A stretch of 64,000 nt of DNA, taken from positions 1 through 64,000 of the forward strand of contig JBDRNU010000007.1 in assembly GCA_043810775.1 (NCBI GenBank). The letters run 5' to 3'. Under the pieces are notes generated by a model. The model saw nothing but the letters and a program-made list of their open reading frames with translations. It was not told the origin of the DNA and ran no database searches. This DNA comes from an archaeon. GTDB taxonomy: Archaea; Nanobdellota; Nanobdellia; Pacearchaeales; GW2011-AR1. How positions within the stretch are numbered: position 1 is the first letter of the stretch; each line of letters begins with the position of its first letter. Positions 28,385-37,622 of the stretch are shown piece by piece. The translations under genes were made by a program, and so were the position numbers.

Positions 28385-30079
28385 ATGCCAAAATATGAAG
28401 ATGTAAAGTTTGGAGAAAAAGGAGCTAGCAGGGCTCTTCTTCAGATAGCTAAACTTTATGATGCTGAGAGTGTTGTCAGAGAATATCTTACAAATTCATA
28501 TGATGCTGCAATAGAAGGACTTCTTTTAAATGCAAGAGTAAGTGTAATTCCTGAACAAAAAAGATTAATATTCAGTGATAATGGCTGTGGAATGAGCCTT
28601 GAAAAACTAACATCATTAAGGTCAAGAATTGGTGAATCAGATAAAGTGGAGAGAGAAGATTTAAGGGGAAACAAAGGTTTAGGAATACTATCTTTTGCAT
28701 CTGTAGGTGACATGGTGCATATAGTCTCAAGAGAAGCAGGAAATCCAAATCAAGTTTATGGATATATGCAGTTTATAAATAAAAGCAATATAATTAAGGC
28801 ATTTTCTGAGGCTGAAGAATTAGATATGGATAAGTTAGACCAGTTAGGAGGGTATTTTGATTTTGGAACAAGAATAATAATTGACTTAATAGACCCATAT
28901 CATTTTGAAAAAAGAAAAGGAAGACAAAGTTTTGGTTCAGGAACATTTGGCCAGGCAAATCTGGTAAACTTACTATCAAGATTATACACACCAGCCTTAA
29001 GAAAACAAGATATATCTATTCTTGTAGAAAGAAAAAAAGATTTATTAAGCGGCAGAAAAACAAATGCAAAGCAGGTTGAACCAATAGAGTACAAAGGTGA
29101 TATTCTTTTAGAAACTGAATTGGAATTTCAGGACATGGATAAGAAAATTGGACAAGATAAAAATCTAAAACTAGAATGTCTTTTGCTTTTTAACCCAAAG
29201 GCAGATACAAGCAAAGTAGCTGTATATTCAAGAAATGTATTAGTAAATAATTCAGTAACTTTAATTCCAGGTTTTGAAAAGAACAAATTTTGGGGTTGCG
29301 GGAAGCTTAGTGGTTATGTAAATGATGAATTTGTAGACCTTAAATTAGCAAGAAAAGATATAGATACTCAATCAAGGGAATTTAGAATTTGGCTTGGTGG
29401 AATCGATCAGATTGAAGAACAACTTGGAAAAACAGTAGCAGATAGAATTTCAAGAGAGCCAAAAGATAAACATAAGCAGGATGAAAGAGTCAAGAGAGTA
29501 TGGGATGCAATTACAGATACTTTAAAAAATCTTACACCACTGTATGATACCCAATTATACGTAAGAGCAGGAAATAAAGGTGTGTTAAGAAGAGTTAGGG
29601 GAGTATCACCATCAATAGGTACTACTGATAATAAACAAAAAGACAAGATTAATGATGATCCTTCTAAAGGAAAGCCAAGAAGAAAAAACAAAGTAAAAGG
29701 AAAAAAAGGCGGATTGTACGAGCCTGATGAAGGAGGAGAAGAAAAAAAAGTAGCACCAAAAACTAAAACTATAATTGAATGCCCTATACTATCTCGTTTT
29801 TCAGAAGAGGAATCTCATCTAAGAAGCAAGTTTGATACTAAATTAGGGGAGCCTGCAATTTATATTAGCAGTATTCATGAGGATTATCTTAGAAGTTTAA
29901 AAGATGAAAATAGCCAGTATAGATACCTTCTATACCATACATCAAAAGAATTAGCCCACATAGAAGCAGCAAATATTCCAGAAGGATTGGTAATCACAAA
30001 AGAAGAAATTGCCAAAAATACTCTTCTTAGAGCAGAAGAAATTTATTTTCAGGCTATTTCAGCACTGAATATAAGATAA
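28385..30079 (+). CDS. GHKL (HSP90/MORC-like) ATPase
   Basis: Bergerat-fold motifs REYLTNSYDA, SDNGCGM, GNKGLG, GTRIII; S5-like segment LSGYVNDEFVDLKLARKDI. Confidence 0.85.
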   Translation: MPKYEDVKFGEKGASRALLQIAKLYDAESVVREYLTNSYDAAIEGLLLNARVSVIPEQKRLIFSDNGCGMSLEKLTSLRSRIGESDKVEREDLRGNKGLGILSFASVGDMVHIVSREAGNPNQVYGYMQFINKSNIIKAFSEAEELDMDKLDQLGGYFDFGTRIIIDLIDPYHFEKRKGRQSFGSGTFGQANLVNLLSRLYTPALRKQDISILVERKKDLLSGRKTNAKQVEPIEYKGDILLETELEFQDMDKKIGQDKNLKLECLLLFNPKADTSKVAVYSRNVLVNNSVTLIPGFEKNKFWGCGKLSGYVNDEFVDLKLARKDIDTQSREFRIWLGGIDQIEEQLGKTVADRISREPKDKHKQDERVKRVWDAITDTLKNLTPLYDTQLYVRAGNKGVLRRVRGVSPSIGTTDNKQKDKINDDPSKGKPRRKNKVKGKKGGLYEPDEGGEEKKVAPKTKTIIECPILSRFSEEESHLRSKFDTKLGEPAIYISSIHEDYLRSLKDENSQYRYLLYHTSKELAHIEAANIPEGLVITKEEIAKNTLLRAEEIYFQAISALNIR

Positions 30080-30080
30080 A

Positions 30081-30827
30081 ATGAAAACTGAATTAAAAAA
30101 AATAATTGAAAAAGACAAGCAAAGTAAATTAAATTTTATCAGAGAAGAAATTATCAACCCATTATACGAAGGAAAGATTTCTGATATAGAAAAGCTTGAA
30201 GTATTTTTAAAATTAATAGGTGAAAGCGTTAAAGACGGAACTCTTGAGCAGAGAATTCAGGCATTTAATAAATTTACTTCAGATGATGAAGCAATTAAAT
30301 CTAAAGCAAGAGAAATAATTGAATCAGTCAAACCTAAAGAACCAAAAGTAATAGATTACCAGGTATATTGTAAAGCTATGGAAAATGGATATTCTGTTGA
30401 AGACTTAAAAAAATCATATCCAGACACTACATCAAGGCAATGGGGAGGATTGAAGACAGCTTATCAGAAAAAAAAGAAAAAAGCTGAGGAAAAATTAGAA
30501 GATGCTCCAGCATCAGATGATTTAACATTTGAAGAATTTAGAAAACTGATAGATCAAGGAAATCCTTATGAAACAATTATAAAAAATTATGCAACTGATC
30601 AAAAAGTAAAACTAAAAATTACAAGTTTTAAAGCTAAACTTACACAGCAGAAAAAACAAGAGCAAATTAACAATGATCCAAGGGAACCCCTCCATTATGG
30701 ATTATACTGCAAATTAAGAAAGGAAGGATATTCAGAAGAAGAAATGTTAAAAGTCTATAAATCTCCTAAACCAAATTCTATGGTAGGGTTTAGAAGGCAA
30801 TATAAATCAAGAGAATTAGGGAAATAA
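30081..30827 (+). CDS. Hypothetical protein with three ~45-aa helical repeats
   Basis: YCKAMENGYSVEDLKKSY / FRKLIDQGNPYETIIKNY / YCKLRKEGYSEEEMLKVY. Confidence 0.75.
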   Translation: MKTELKKIIEKDKQSKLNFIREEIINPLYEGKISDIEKLEVFLKLIGESVKDGTLEQRIQAFNKFTSDDEAIKSKAREIIESVKPKEPKVIDYQVYCKAMENGYSVEDLKKSYPDTTSRQWGGLKTAYQKKKKKAEEKLEDAPASDDLTFEEFRKLIDQGNPYETIIKNYATDQKVKLKITSFKAKLTQQKKQEQINNDPREPLHYGLYCKLRKEGYSEEEMLKVYKSPKPNSMVGFRRQYKSRELGK

Positions 30828-31172
30828 TTACTTCCCTTCAAACCTGTTTAGTTTTTTTTCAACCAAATCAATTCTGTCAATTAGCTTATCCACTCTTCTT
30901 AGCATTGATTCAAGCTTGAATTCAATATCTTCAACCTTGTTTTTCATGCTAGACTCTAATCCTGGTTTTTCAAGCTTGCTTCCAGAACTTGAGGCAAGTG
31001 CTCCAAGAAAATCCATGCCGCTGGTATCTTCACTAGAAACACTTGTTTTAGTTAAATCTAATTCTTCAACTTCTCTTTCAGGAGCCTTAATAATCCCCCT
31101 TTTATGAAGCATGCTTAAATCAATAACATCAGCCTTCTTTTTCTTCCATAACATAACTATCTTAGCAATCAT
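30828..31172 (-). CDS. Hypothetical protein with C-terminal coiled coil
   Basis: 114-aa ORF; heptad pattern at the C-terminus. Confidence 0.65.
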   Translation of the reverse strand: MIAKIVMLWKKKKADVIDLSMLHKRGIIKAPEREVEELDLTKTSVSSEDTSGMDFLGALASSSGSKLEKPGLESSMKNKVEDIEFKLESMLRRVDKLIDRIDLVEKKLNRFEGK

Positions 31173-31190
31173 AATTTTATAAATATATCG

Positions 31191-31787
31191 TTAATCTATA
31201 TTGACAAAATCAGAAGAGTAATTAGGAATGCAGTCTCTTAAATTACCCTGATAATTTACCCAGTCAATGCCCAAATCATCCAAATTTATAAGTTTATAGG
31301 ATTTATATTCATTAAATGATTTCACCAAATCACTAATTGTATCAAATGGCTTGCTGTTTTTTAATCTGTCTACATATCTCCACTTCTCGCTCTCTTTATA
31401 AATAAAAACAGCATGCCCGTATTTTCTTGTTCCTTGTGCATCATTTACTAAATTTTCACCATCTCTTTTATAAGGTTCCATATCCAGTATTAAGGGAGGA
31501 TAGTCATTATCAGCAAGAACTCCTGCAGCAAGTATAGCCATTCCATCACAGTCTTCCATCATTGTTTCAGCTGTTTTTGCCGGAGCCTGCCAGTAATCTT
31601 CAGCATTATGCATGTATAAATCATGGGAATATGCAACTGCATCAAGAAAATAAGCGCAATCATCAGGAGTTTTAACAGTTTCTTGATATCTCTTGAAATA
31701 ATCAAAATCCTCACTATGCCCTTTTAAAGGAAGCATGCTCAAAGCTGAACATACTAATACAGCTGCCAAATTCTTTATTTTCCCCAT
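31191..31787 (-). CDS. Secreted transglutaminase-like cysteine protease
   Basis: Signal peptide; DYWQAP, EDCDGMAIL, GHAV, YVD giving a putative Cys-His-Asp triad; GGAGGT RBS. Confidence 0.75.
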   Translation of the reverse strand: MGKIKNLAAVLVCSALSMLPLKGHSEDFDYFKRYQETVKTPDDCAYFLDAVAYSHDLYMHNAEDYWQAPAKTAETMMEDCDGMAILAAGVLADNDYPPLILDMEPYKRDGENLVNDAQGTRKYGHAVFIYKESEKWRYVDRLKNSKPFDTISDLVKSFNEYKSYKLINLDDLGIDWVNYQGNLRDCIPNYSSDFVNID

Positions 31788-31837
31788 AATTATACCTCCA
31801 TGCAGGGAATTTTTAAATTTATCGCTAGCCAGAATAT

Positions 31838-32419
31838 CTACCCATTAGAAATCCTCAGGTTTTTACCGCATTCAAATAATCTTCCAACAACTCCTTGTTT
31901 TCCAAAATACTCAAAATAATCATGAAATAACCAATCAGTTTCTCCCTCGTTTTTCACTATTGATTTAACTTCTCCAATAAATAAATCATGGTCACCTAGT
32001 TCAAGTATCTCTGTTAATTCACACTCTACACTCAGTGGAGACTCTTTAATTAGAGGAACTCCAGTAATTCCTTTTTGTTTTGTGAATTTAGTCACCTCAA
32101 ACTTATTTACATCTCTTCCAGAAACTAAACCGCAATAATCAGTTTCCTTAACATAATCTGCCCCCATATAATTAATTCCAAATTTTCTTTGCTCGCTTAT
32201 TAATTTATTACTATGTCTTGAAGGTCTAATTCCAATATACATTAATCTATCTGATAATTGTCCAACATAACTTATAGTTATAATATTTGGTTCTTCATAA
32301 GTTCCACAAGTAACTAGTGTCACTGGTTTAGGACCAGGAATTACCCCTAATCTTAACTCCTGAGGATTTATTATCTTCATTTTAAAACCCACTAATAATT
32401 CTAGAAGGATCAACACCAA
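31838..32419 (-). CDS. Flavin reductase-like (flavoredoxin) protein (start probably 32380)
   Basis: PKPVTLVTC, GLVSGRDVNKF, PLSVECE, GDHDLFIGEV. Confidence 0.88.
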   Translation of the reverse strand: MVLILLELLVGFKMKIINPQELRLGVIPGPKPVTLVTCGTYEEPNIITISYVGQLSDRLMYIGIRPSRHSNKLISEQRKFGINYMGADYVKETDYCGLVSGRDVNKFEVTKFTKQKGITGVPLIKESPLSVECELTEILELGDHDLFIGEVKSIVKNEGETDWLFHDYFEYFGKQGVVGRLFECGKNLRISNG

Positions 32420-33833
32420 GTTTATCTTTAAAATCTAAAGGAAGTTTGCTTTCATAAATATCTGCCATAATTGTAACTCTTTCAATATCTAATTCATGCA
32501 TCTTTTCTCTTGGAATTCCTCCTTCATATTCAAAAACTGGAAAGGTTTCTCCCTTCCATCCAGAATAATTCCAATCAACAATTTTTAATCCATATTCATC
32601 TCTTGAGTTAAATAGAGCAGATCCAGGAGATGGAATAACAATATAACTTTCAGCATAATCCATTATTCCCTCACTCATTAGTCTGCAAATTGCATCAGTA
32701 GTATATCTTTGAGTTGACTCTGATTCGCCAGGAAGCCAAGATAACCAATTTCCAAAATATCTCATTCCCTGTTCTTTTACCATTTCTCCTGCTTCTTTAA
32801 TGACTTTTGCTCTCAGGCCTTTTCTTGCTAAATTTAATACTTTTTGGTCAGCACTTTCAGCTCCTACCTGCACCTCTTTGCACATTCCAGAGTCTCCTAA
32901 TTCTTTTAATAATTCAGGTCTTTGTAATATGCTTTCAGCATTTCCCTGAACAAAATAAGTAAGCCTTCCCTGAAATCTATCTTTCAGTTCCCTGACTAAT
33001 TTAGAAGAATGTTCAGGATTTCTGAAAAAGTTTTCATCTCCAATATATATAAATTTAGTTCCAAAATCATCTACTAGCTCCTCAACATAGGAAATAATCT
33101 TTTCCAAATCTCCCACAAAATGCTTATTCTCTAGCTGATTAATACTTGAACAAAAAGTACATGGCTTTGTTTTACCACATCCAAGAGTAGTATAAATTCT
33201 TCCAGCAGGAAGAAAATCAACATTCATTAAGCTATTATCTGGTTGTGGAAAAAGTGAAGGCTCTTCAGTACCTTGAAAATAATCTTCTGGAATATCTCTT
33301 TCTGAAACTACTGATTTTTTTACATTTGCTTCAACAATCCAAGGAAGAACTTTATGACCTTTGCCACGTGCATAAATATCAATTGGTGAGTCTTCTTTTT
33401 CTGTAAATCCACTTGGATGAGGTCCTCCAAGAACTACTGTAAGTTCCGGGTTAGCTTCTTTCGCCTGAACAGTTAGCTTTTCTGCAAGAGGAACTCCACA
33501 AGTATGGCTATAAAAACCTAGAAAATCACTATCTTTTGATTTTTCTAGCACACCACTAACAAATTCTTCTTCACTAAGAGTAGCCCAAGGAGCAAAATAA
33601 TCTACTATATGGTTTCTCTTCTTAAGTATCCCTCCTAAATGTAGCAATCCTATGTTTTGATTTCCTAAATTAGCATAAAAAGGGAGCTCATCTTGCTTTA
33701 GTCCAACACTATTATCTGCAGCACGCGAAGCTAAATAAGCCCTCCAGAACCTTTCGTGCTCTGGATGCTGTTTTGTTACAGGGTCCATATTTGCAACAAG
33801 CAATACTTTTTTACTCTTATTTGTCATTTTCAT
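32382..33833 (-). CDS. Cobalamin-binding radical SAM protein
   Basis: IGLLHLGGIL, VVLGGPHPS, CGKTKPCTFC, GDENF, VGAESADQKVL, WLPGES. Confidence 0.85.
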   Translation of the reverse strand: MKMTNKSKKVLLVANMDPVTKQHPEHERFWRAYLASRAADNSVGLKQDELPFYANLGNQNIGLLHLGGILKKRNHIVDYFAPWATLSEEEFVSGVLEKSKDSDFLGFYSHTCGVPLAEKLTVQAKEANPELTVVLGGPHPSGFTEKEDSPIDIYARGKGHKVLPWIVEANVKKSVVSERDIPEDYFQGTEEPSLFPQPDNSLMNVDFLPAGRIYTTLGCGKTKPCTFCSSINQLENKHFVGDLEKIISYVEELVDDFGTKFIYIGDENFFRNPEHSSKLVRELKDRFQGRLTYFVQGNAESILQRPELLKELGDSGMCKEVQVGAESADQKVLNLARKGLRAKVIKEAGEMVKEQGMRYFGNWLSWLPGESESTQRYTTDAICRLMSEGIMDYAESYIVIPSPGSALFNSRDEYGLKIVDWNYSGWKGETFPVFEYEGGIPREKMHELDIERVTIMADIYESKLPLDFKDKLGVDPSRIISGF

Positions 33834-33848
33834 GTTATTTTTTTAAGA

Positions 33849-34343
33849 TCATTTAATTAAAGATGCGAGATTTCTCCAACTATCTGCCCATGTGCTGAGA
33901 GATTCTCCCAATTCCCTAACCCTTCTAAGCTCTGATGCCCCTCTTGGCCCATACATTTGATAAATAAAATTCATATGCATTTTCCCGCGATAATCTTTCC
34001 TATCTTGGTACCATTTTCTAGGTTTAGTTTTTTTATAGAGATCTCCATCTGGAAGATTGATAGCTAAGTAATACAATGCTTTTCTCAGATGAAATTCAGT
34101 ATCTGCTTCTCCTAATTTTGGCCTTAAAGGCCATCTAACAGGAGATGTTAAGGAATATACCAGTTTATGACAGATTCTTTTTAATAAAGGAGTCTCAACT
34201 AACCATTGTTTATGAATTTTTTCAGCTTCTTCAGCTTCTTCAGCAACTCTAGCTATCTGTTTCTCTTGCATTTCTTCATGCCATTCTCTGAGTTCGGGAG
34301 TTATAGGTCCATAGTAATTATCCATTTTCTCAATAAATATCAT
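33849..34343 (-). CDS. Hypothetical protein
   Basis: 164-aa ORF with GGAG upstream; same orientation as the radical SAM gene. Confidence 0.6.
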   Translation of the reverse strand: MIFIEKMDNYYGPITPELREWHEEMQEKQIARVAEEAEEAEKIHKQWLVETPLLKRICHKLVYSLTSPVRWPLRPKLGEADTEFHLRKALYYLAINLPDGDLYKKTKPRKWYQDRKDYRGKMHMNFIYQMYGPRGASELRRVRELGESLSTWADSWRNLASLIK

Positions 34344-34445
34344 AATTTATTACTCCATAGTTAATAATAAACTATATTTAAAATAATATAACTCATAATT
34401 TTTAAAAATAGTAAGATTTATAAGTAAAATATACTATTAATTCTA

Positions 34446-35420
34446 ATGGGACATAAATCTAAGCTTGATAAAAAAGATAAGCAAATATTATTTGAACTAG
34501 ATTTAAATGCAAAAATTCCGCTGACTCAGCTTGCAAAAAAAATCAATCTTTCTCCTCAGACAACTAAATACAGGATTCAGCAACTTGAAAAAAAAGGTAT
34601 AATTAGGGGATATGTCACTTTTTTTGATGTTTCTAAATTTGGATATTTATATTATAGATTATACATCAGATATGAAAATGTATCTTTAGAAGATGAGAAA
34701 AAAATAATTGAATATTTTAAAAAGCATTCAAATGTGGTCTGGTTTATTTCTACATCAGGAAGATATGACTTAGAGGTTTTATTTACAGCAAGAAATTTTA
34801 TTCATTTTGATGCAATGCTCAAAAAAATTTATAAAAGATTTCCAGGAAAGCTACATAACAATGTCACTTCTGTATCAATTAAAAACTATCATCATCTTAG
34901 AGGATATCTTTTAAATAAAAAAACAGAGCTCCAACTTAGTATTGGTGGAGAGCCAGTTTTTGAGAAAATTGACAAAATTGATGAAAAAATCATAAAAATA
35001 ATAAATCAAAATGCAAAACTCACAAATGCAGAAATTGGAAATAAACTAAATTTAAATTACAAAACAATTCAAAATAGAATAAAAAAAATTGAGGAAAAAG
35101 GAATTATACAAGCTTATAGAACTTGGATTGACTACCAAAAAATAGGTTCAACATACTATAAAGCTTTAATTACTTTGAGAAAATTCTCAGATGAAGAAGA
35201 AAAAAAGATATTAGAATTTGCAAAACAACACCCAAATATAATTTATATTATAACTTGTGTATGGCCTTGGGATATTGAAATAGAAGTTGAATGTGAAAAA
35301 CATGAAACATTCCTTGATATACTTAAGGAATTTAGGGAAAAAATGGGAAATCTTATTGTTGATTATGAATCTCTGACTGTAACAAAAGAACACAAGCTTA
35401 ACTATTATCCTGTGATATAA
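34446..35420 (+). CDS. Tandem-domain Lrp/AsnC transcriptional regulator
   Basis: Two wHTH + RAM units (LDKKDKQILFEL...YRIQQLEKKGII and IDKIDEKIIKII...NRIKKIEEKGII). Confidence 0.9.
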   Translation: MGHKSKLDKKDKQILFELDLNAKIPLTQLAKKINLSPQTTKYRIQQLEKKGIIRGYVTFFDVSKFGYLYYRLYIRYENVSLEDEKKIIEYFKKHSNVVWFISTSGRYDLEVLFTARNFIHFDAMLKKIYKRFPGKLHNNVTSVSIKNYHHLRGYLLNKKTELQLSIGGEPVFEKIDKIDEKIIKIINQNAKLTNAEIGNKLNLNYKTIQNRIKKIEEKGIIQAYRTWIDYQKIGSTYYKALITLRKFSDEEEKKILEFAKQHPNIIYIITCVWPWDIEIEVECEKHETFLDILKEFREKMGNLIVDYESLTVTKEHKLNYYPVI

Positions 35421-35479
35421 GAATTTATCGCTATATTTAAAAACATCTCCCTCTAAATATAATAGAGGAAAAAGAGAAA

Positions 35480-36865
35480 ATGACAGCAAGTGTAACAAAG
35501 ATAATATCTGAAATATCAAAATATAATAAGGAGCCTTTAGAAGAGCATAAGCTTCGCTATGATTCTTCTTCTGAAACCTTGGAGCCGGTATATTTCTGGA
35601 TTTTAGATAAAATGAATGATGATTTTGATGAAGTTGAAAAGCTGGTGGATAACTTCACTTCCTCCCCGGGAAGCGGGCATTTTTCTGAGCTAATGGGAAA
35701 ATCAACACACATGCAAAAAGAAGCAATGACCACCATGTCTACAATCAACACACTAATTAGAAGCATAATTAATATTATTTATGATTTAAAGGAATTTAAA
35801 ATAAGGTTAGGTTATTATGATGCAGCAAACTCGAAAAATGAATCAGAAGCTCAAGCAGGAGTTCTTGGTTTAAAGCAGCTCTGGATGGATAATGTAGATA
35901 TGAAAAGGGGAAATACTGCACTAAAAGCAATGGCAGCACAGTTTTCCTATGTAACTGTAATTGACGCATTTATGGCTGCAAAATCAGCTGACGATGTTGA
36001 TAAAATGGACCTAAATGACCGAGTTAAGAGATTTATAAAGCCAAGAATTCACGAATTTTTTGACTGGAAAAAGCGTTCAGAATCAGAACTCAAAAAAAGA
36101 TACGAAATTGAAAAAACATATCTTAAAAGCCAGGTAAATTCTCTTAAATTATATTCAAGGTGGGTAAAGCCTTACCTCAAAGCATCATCTCAGCTTGAAA
36201 TGTCAGACCAAGAAAATCCAGCCCTGGTCACAGCTTTTAATACAATTGTTTTTCAGCTAACACTAATTGGGAAAAAACCTATTAAAGTTGACCAGTCAAT
36301 CGTAGATGACGACCTTCCAAGAGCTTTCAAAAATGTAAAACTAAAAAGGAAATACTATTCATGTGTTTTAGTTGATTTTAATTTTAGGGGAATTCCTCAA
36401 AAAGCCGGACAGCACTATGTCTTTGGAGGGCGAGCTGAAGTTACTTTTAGAGGATATACACTGAATGACGACGAAATTAAAATGCTAAAACAGAAATTAG
36501 ATGATTCTGACTTGCAAGAAGGGCTAAGATTAGCTGAAGGAGCAACTAGCGAATCTCTGGACCAATTACAAGAAGATATCGAAAAATTTATTGAGGAAGA
36601 TTTTGAGGATAAAAAAGAAAAAAAATCCAGTGATGATACTGACCCATTTTCAGCTTTATTTTCAGGTCTATTCAAAAAATCAGGCAAAGAAGAAAAGAAA
36701 ATAGATTCAGGAAAGATTGACAAAGTAAAGCCTGATAATCATGTTGAAAGCATAATCAGAATTCTTGCTGAAAAAAAAGTCAAAGACCAGTGTTTTGGCT
36801 TATTTAATAACTATAAAAAAGCCCATAATATGGCAAACTATCCTACTCCTTATGATTCCACCTAA
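35480..36865 (+). CDS. Hypothetical protein (helical, 461 aa)
   Basis: Long ORF with promoter and RBS; no family motif recognised. Confidence 0.8.
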   Translation: MTASVTKIISEISKYNKEPLEEHKLRYDSSSETLEPVYFWILDKMNDDFDEVEKLVDNFTSSPGSGHFSELMGKSTHMQKEAMTTMSTINTLIRSIINIIYDLKEFKIRLGYYDAANSKNESEAQAGVLGLKQLWMDNVDMKRGNTALKAMAAQFSYVTVIDAFMAAKSADDVDKMDLNDRVKRFIKPRIHEFFDWKKRSESELKKRYEIEKTYLKSQVNSLKLYSRWVKPYLKASSQLEMSDQENPALVTAFNTIVFQLTLIGKKPIKVDQSIVDDDLPRAFKNVKLKRKYYSCVLVDFNFRGIPQKAGQHYVFGGRAEVTFRGYTLNDDEIKMLKQKLDDSDLQEGLRLAEGATSESLDQLQEDIEKFIEEDFEDKKEKKSSDDTDPFSALFSGLFKKSGKEEKKIDSGKIDKVKPDNHVESIIRILAEKKVKDQCFGLFNNYKKAHNMANYPTPYDST

Positions 36866-36996
36866 TCCATATAAGTAGTTTGCCGTTAACCAGACTCATT
36901 GCAGTAAGTTAACATGGTGAGCTGTAAGCTCGCGTTTGCCAAGCTTATTTTAAGCTTGACTTGGCAGACTATCCTACTCCTTATGAGTAGTTTGCC
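36831..36996. mobile_element. Short structured insert with duplication of the upstream gene's 3' end
   Basis: tggca(a/g)actatcctactccttatga at 36831-36855 and 36962-36986; agtagtttgcc at 36874-36884 and 36986-36996; several hairpins between them. Confidence 0.6.
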
Positions 36997-37026
36997 CTCG
37001 GTTAAATTCATTAAACTTATAAATTC

Positions 37027-37557
37027 TTGATTCCTAGTATTCTTATGGCTAGAAAAGTAATTCGCGAGTTGCGGGAAGAAAAGTTTAAGAAAGTTAAGGA
37101 AATAAAAAAGAAAGAGGAGTCACTCGAAGATATAAAAGACAGCCAGGATGTAAAAGAATTTGATAATTTTTTCAGCTCATCAGGAGAAACAGCTCCCTCA
37201 CTAAAGCCTTCAGATCGAGCTCAGCAGGCTCAAACACCTGTTCTTGAAGATACAGCTGGCAATGCTCCTTCAGAAAAAAAAGAGAAAGAACAAGTAACCT
37301 ATGCAGGAGCTGTCAATGCTCCTGAATACGGCAATGTATACGAGCAAATATCTCAGAGAGTCGAAAACAGGCGAACAGATTCTCAAGTAGATATAACTCG
37401 TGCTCAAAGAATGAGTATGGAGCCAAGGTTTACAAGCGAACAGGAAATTAATTTTGCAAACTGGCAGCGGGAAAATCTCGAGAGAAAAGATTCTAGTAAT
37501 GACTATCAGATAGGTAAAATAAGAAAAAGAAAGCGTGATGATGAGCCATTTGACTGA
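37027..37557 (+). CDS. Hypothetical low-complexity/disordered protein (start probably 37045)
   Basis: Charged and polar composition. Confidence 0.7.
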   Translation: MIPSILMARKVIRELREEKFKKVKEIKKKEESLEDIKDSQDVKEFDNFFSSSGETAPSLKPSDRAQQAQTPVLEDTAGNAPSEKKEKEQVTYAGAVNAPEYGNVYEQISQRVENRRTDSQVDITRAQRMSMEPRFTSEQEINFANWQRENLERKDSSNDYQIGKIRKRKRDDEPFD

Positions 37558-37622
37558 TAAGTATATTTTTAAACTAATTTAACTAAATAATACAGATTAA
37601 AAGAGGGAAATAAAAGAGAAAA

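Noticed and set aside
27793-34343. Provirus or integrative element
   Set aside because: No integrase, capsid, terminase or flanking att repeats were seen.
36831-36996. Mini CRISPR array
   Set aside because: Only two repeat copies, one inside a CDS, spacing of 131 bp, and no cas genes.
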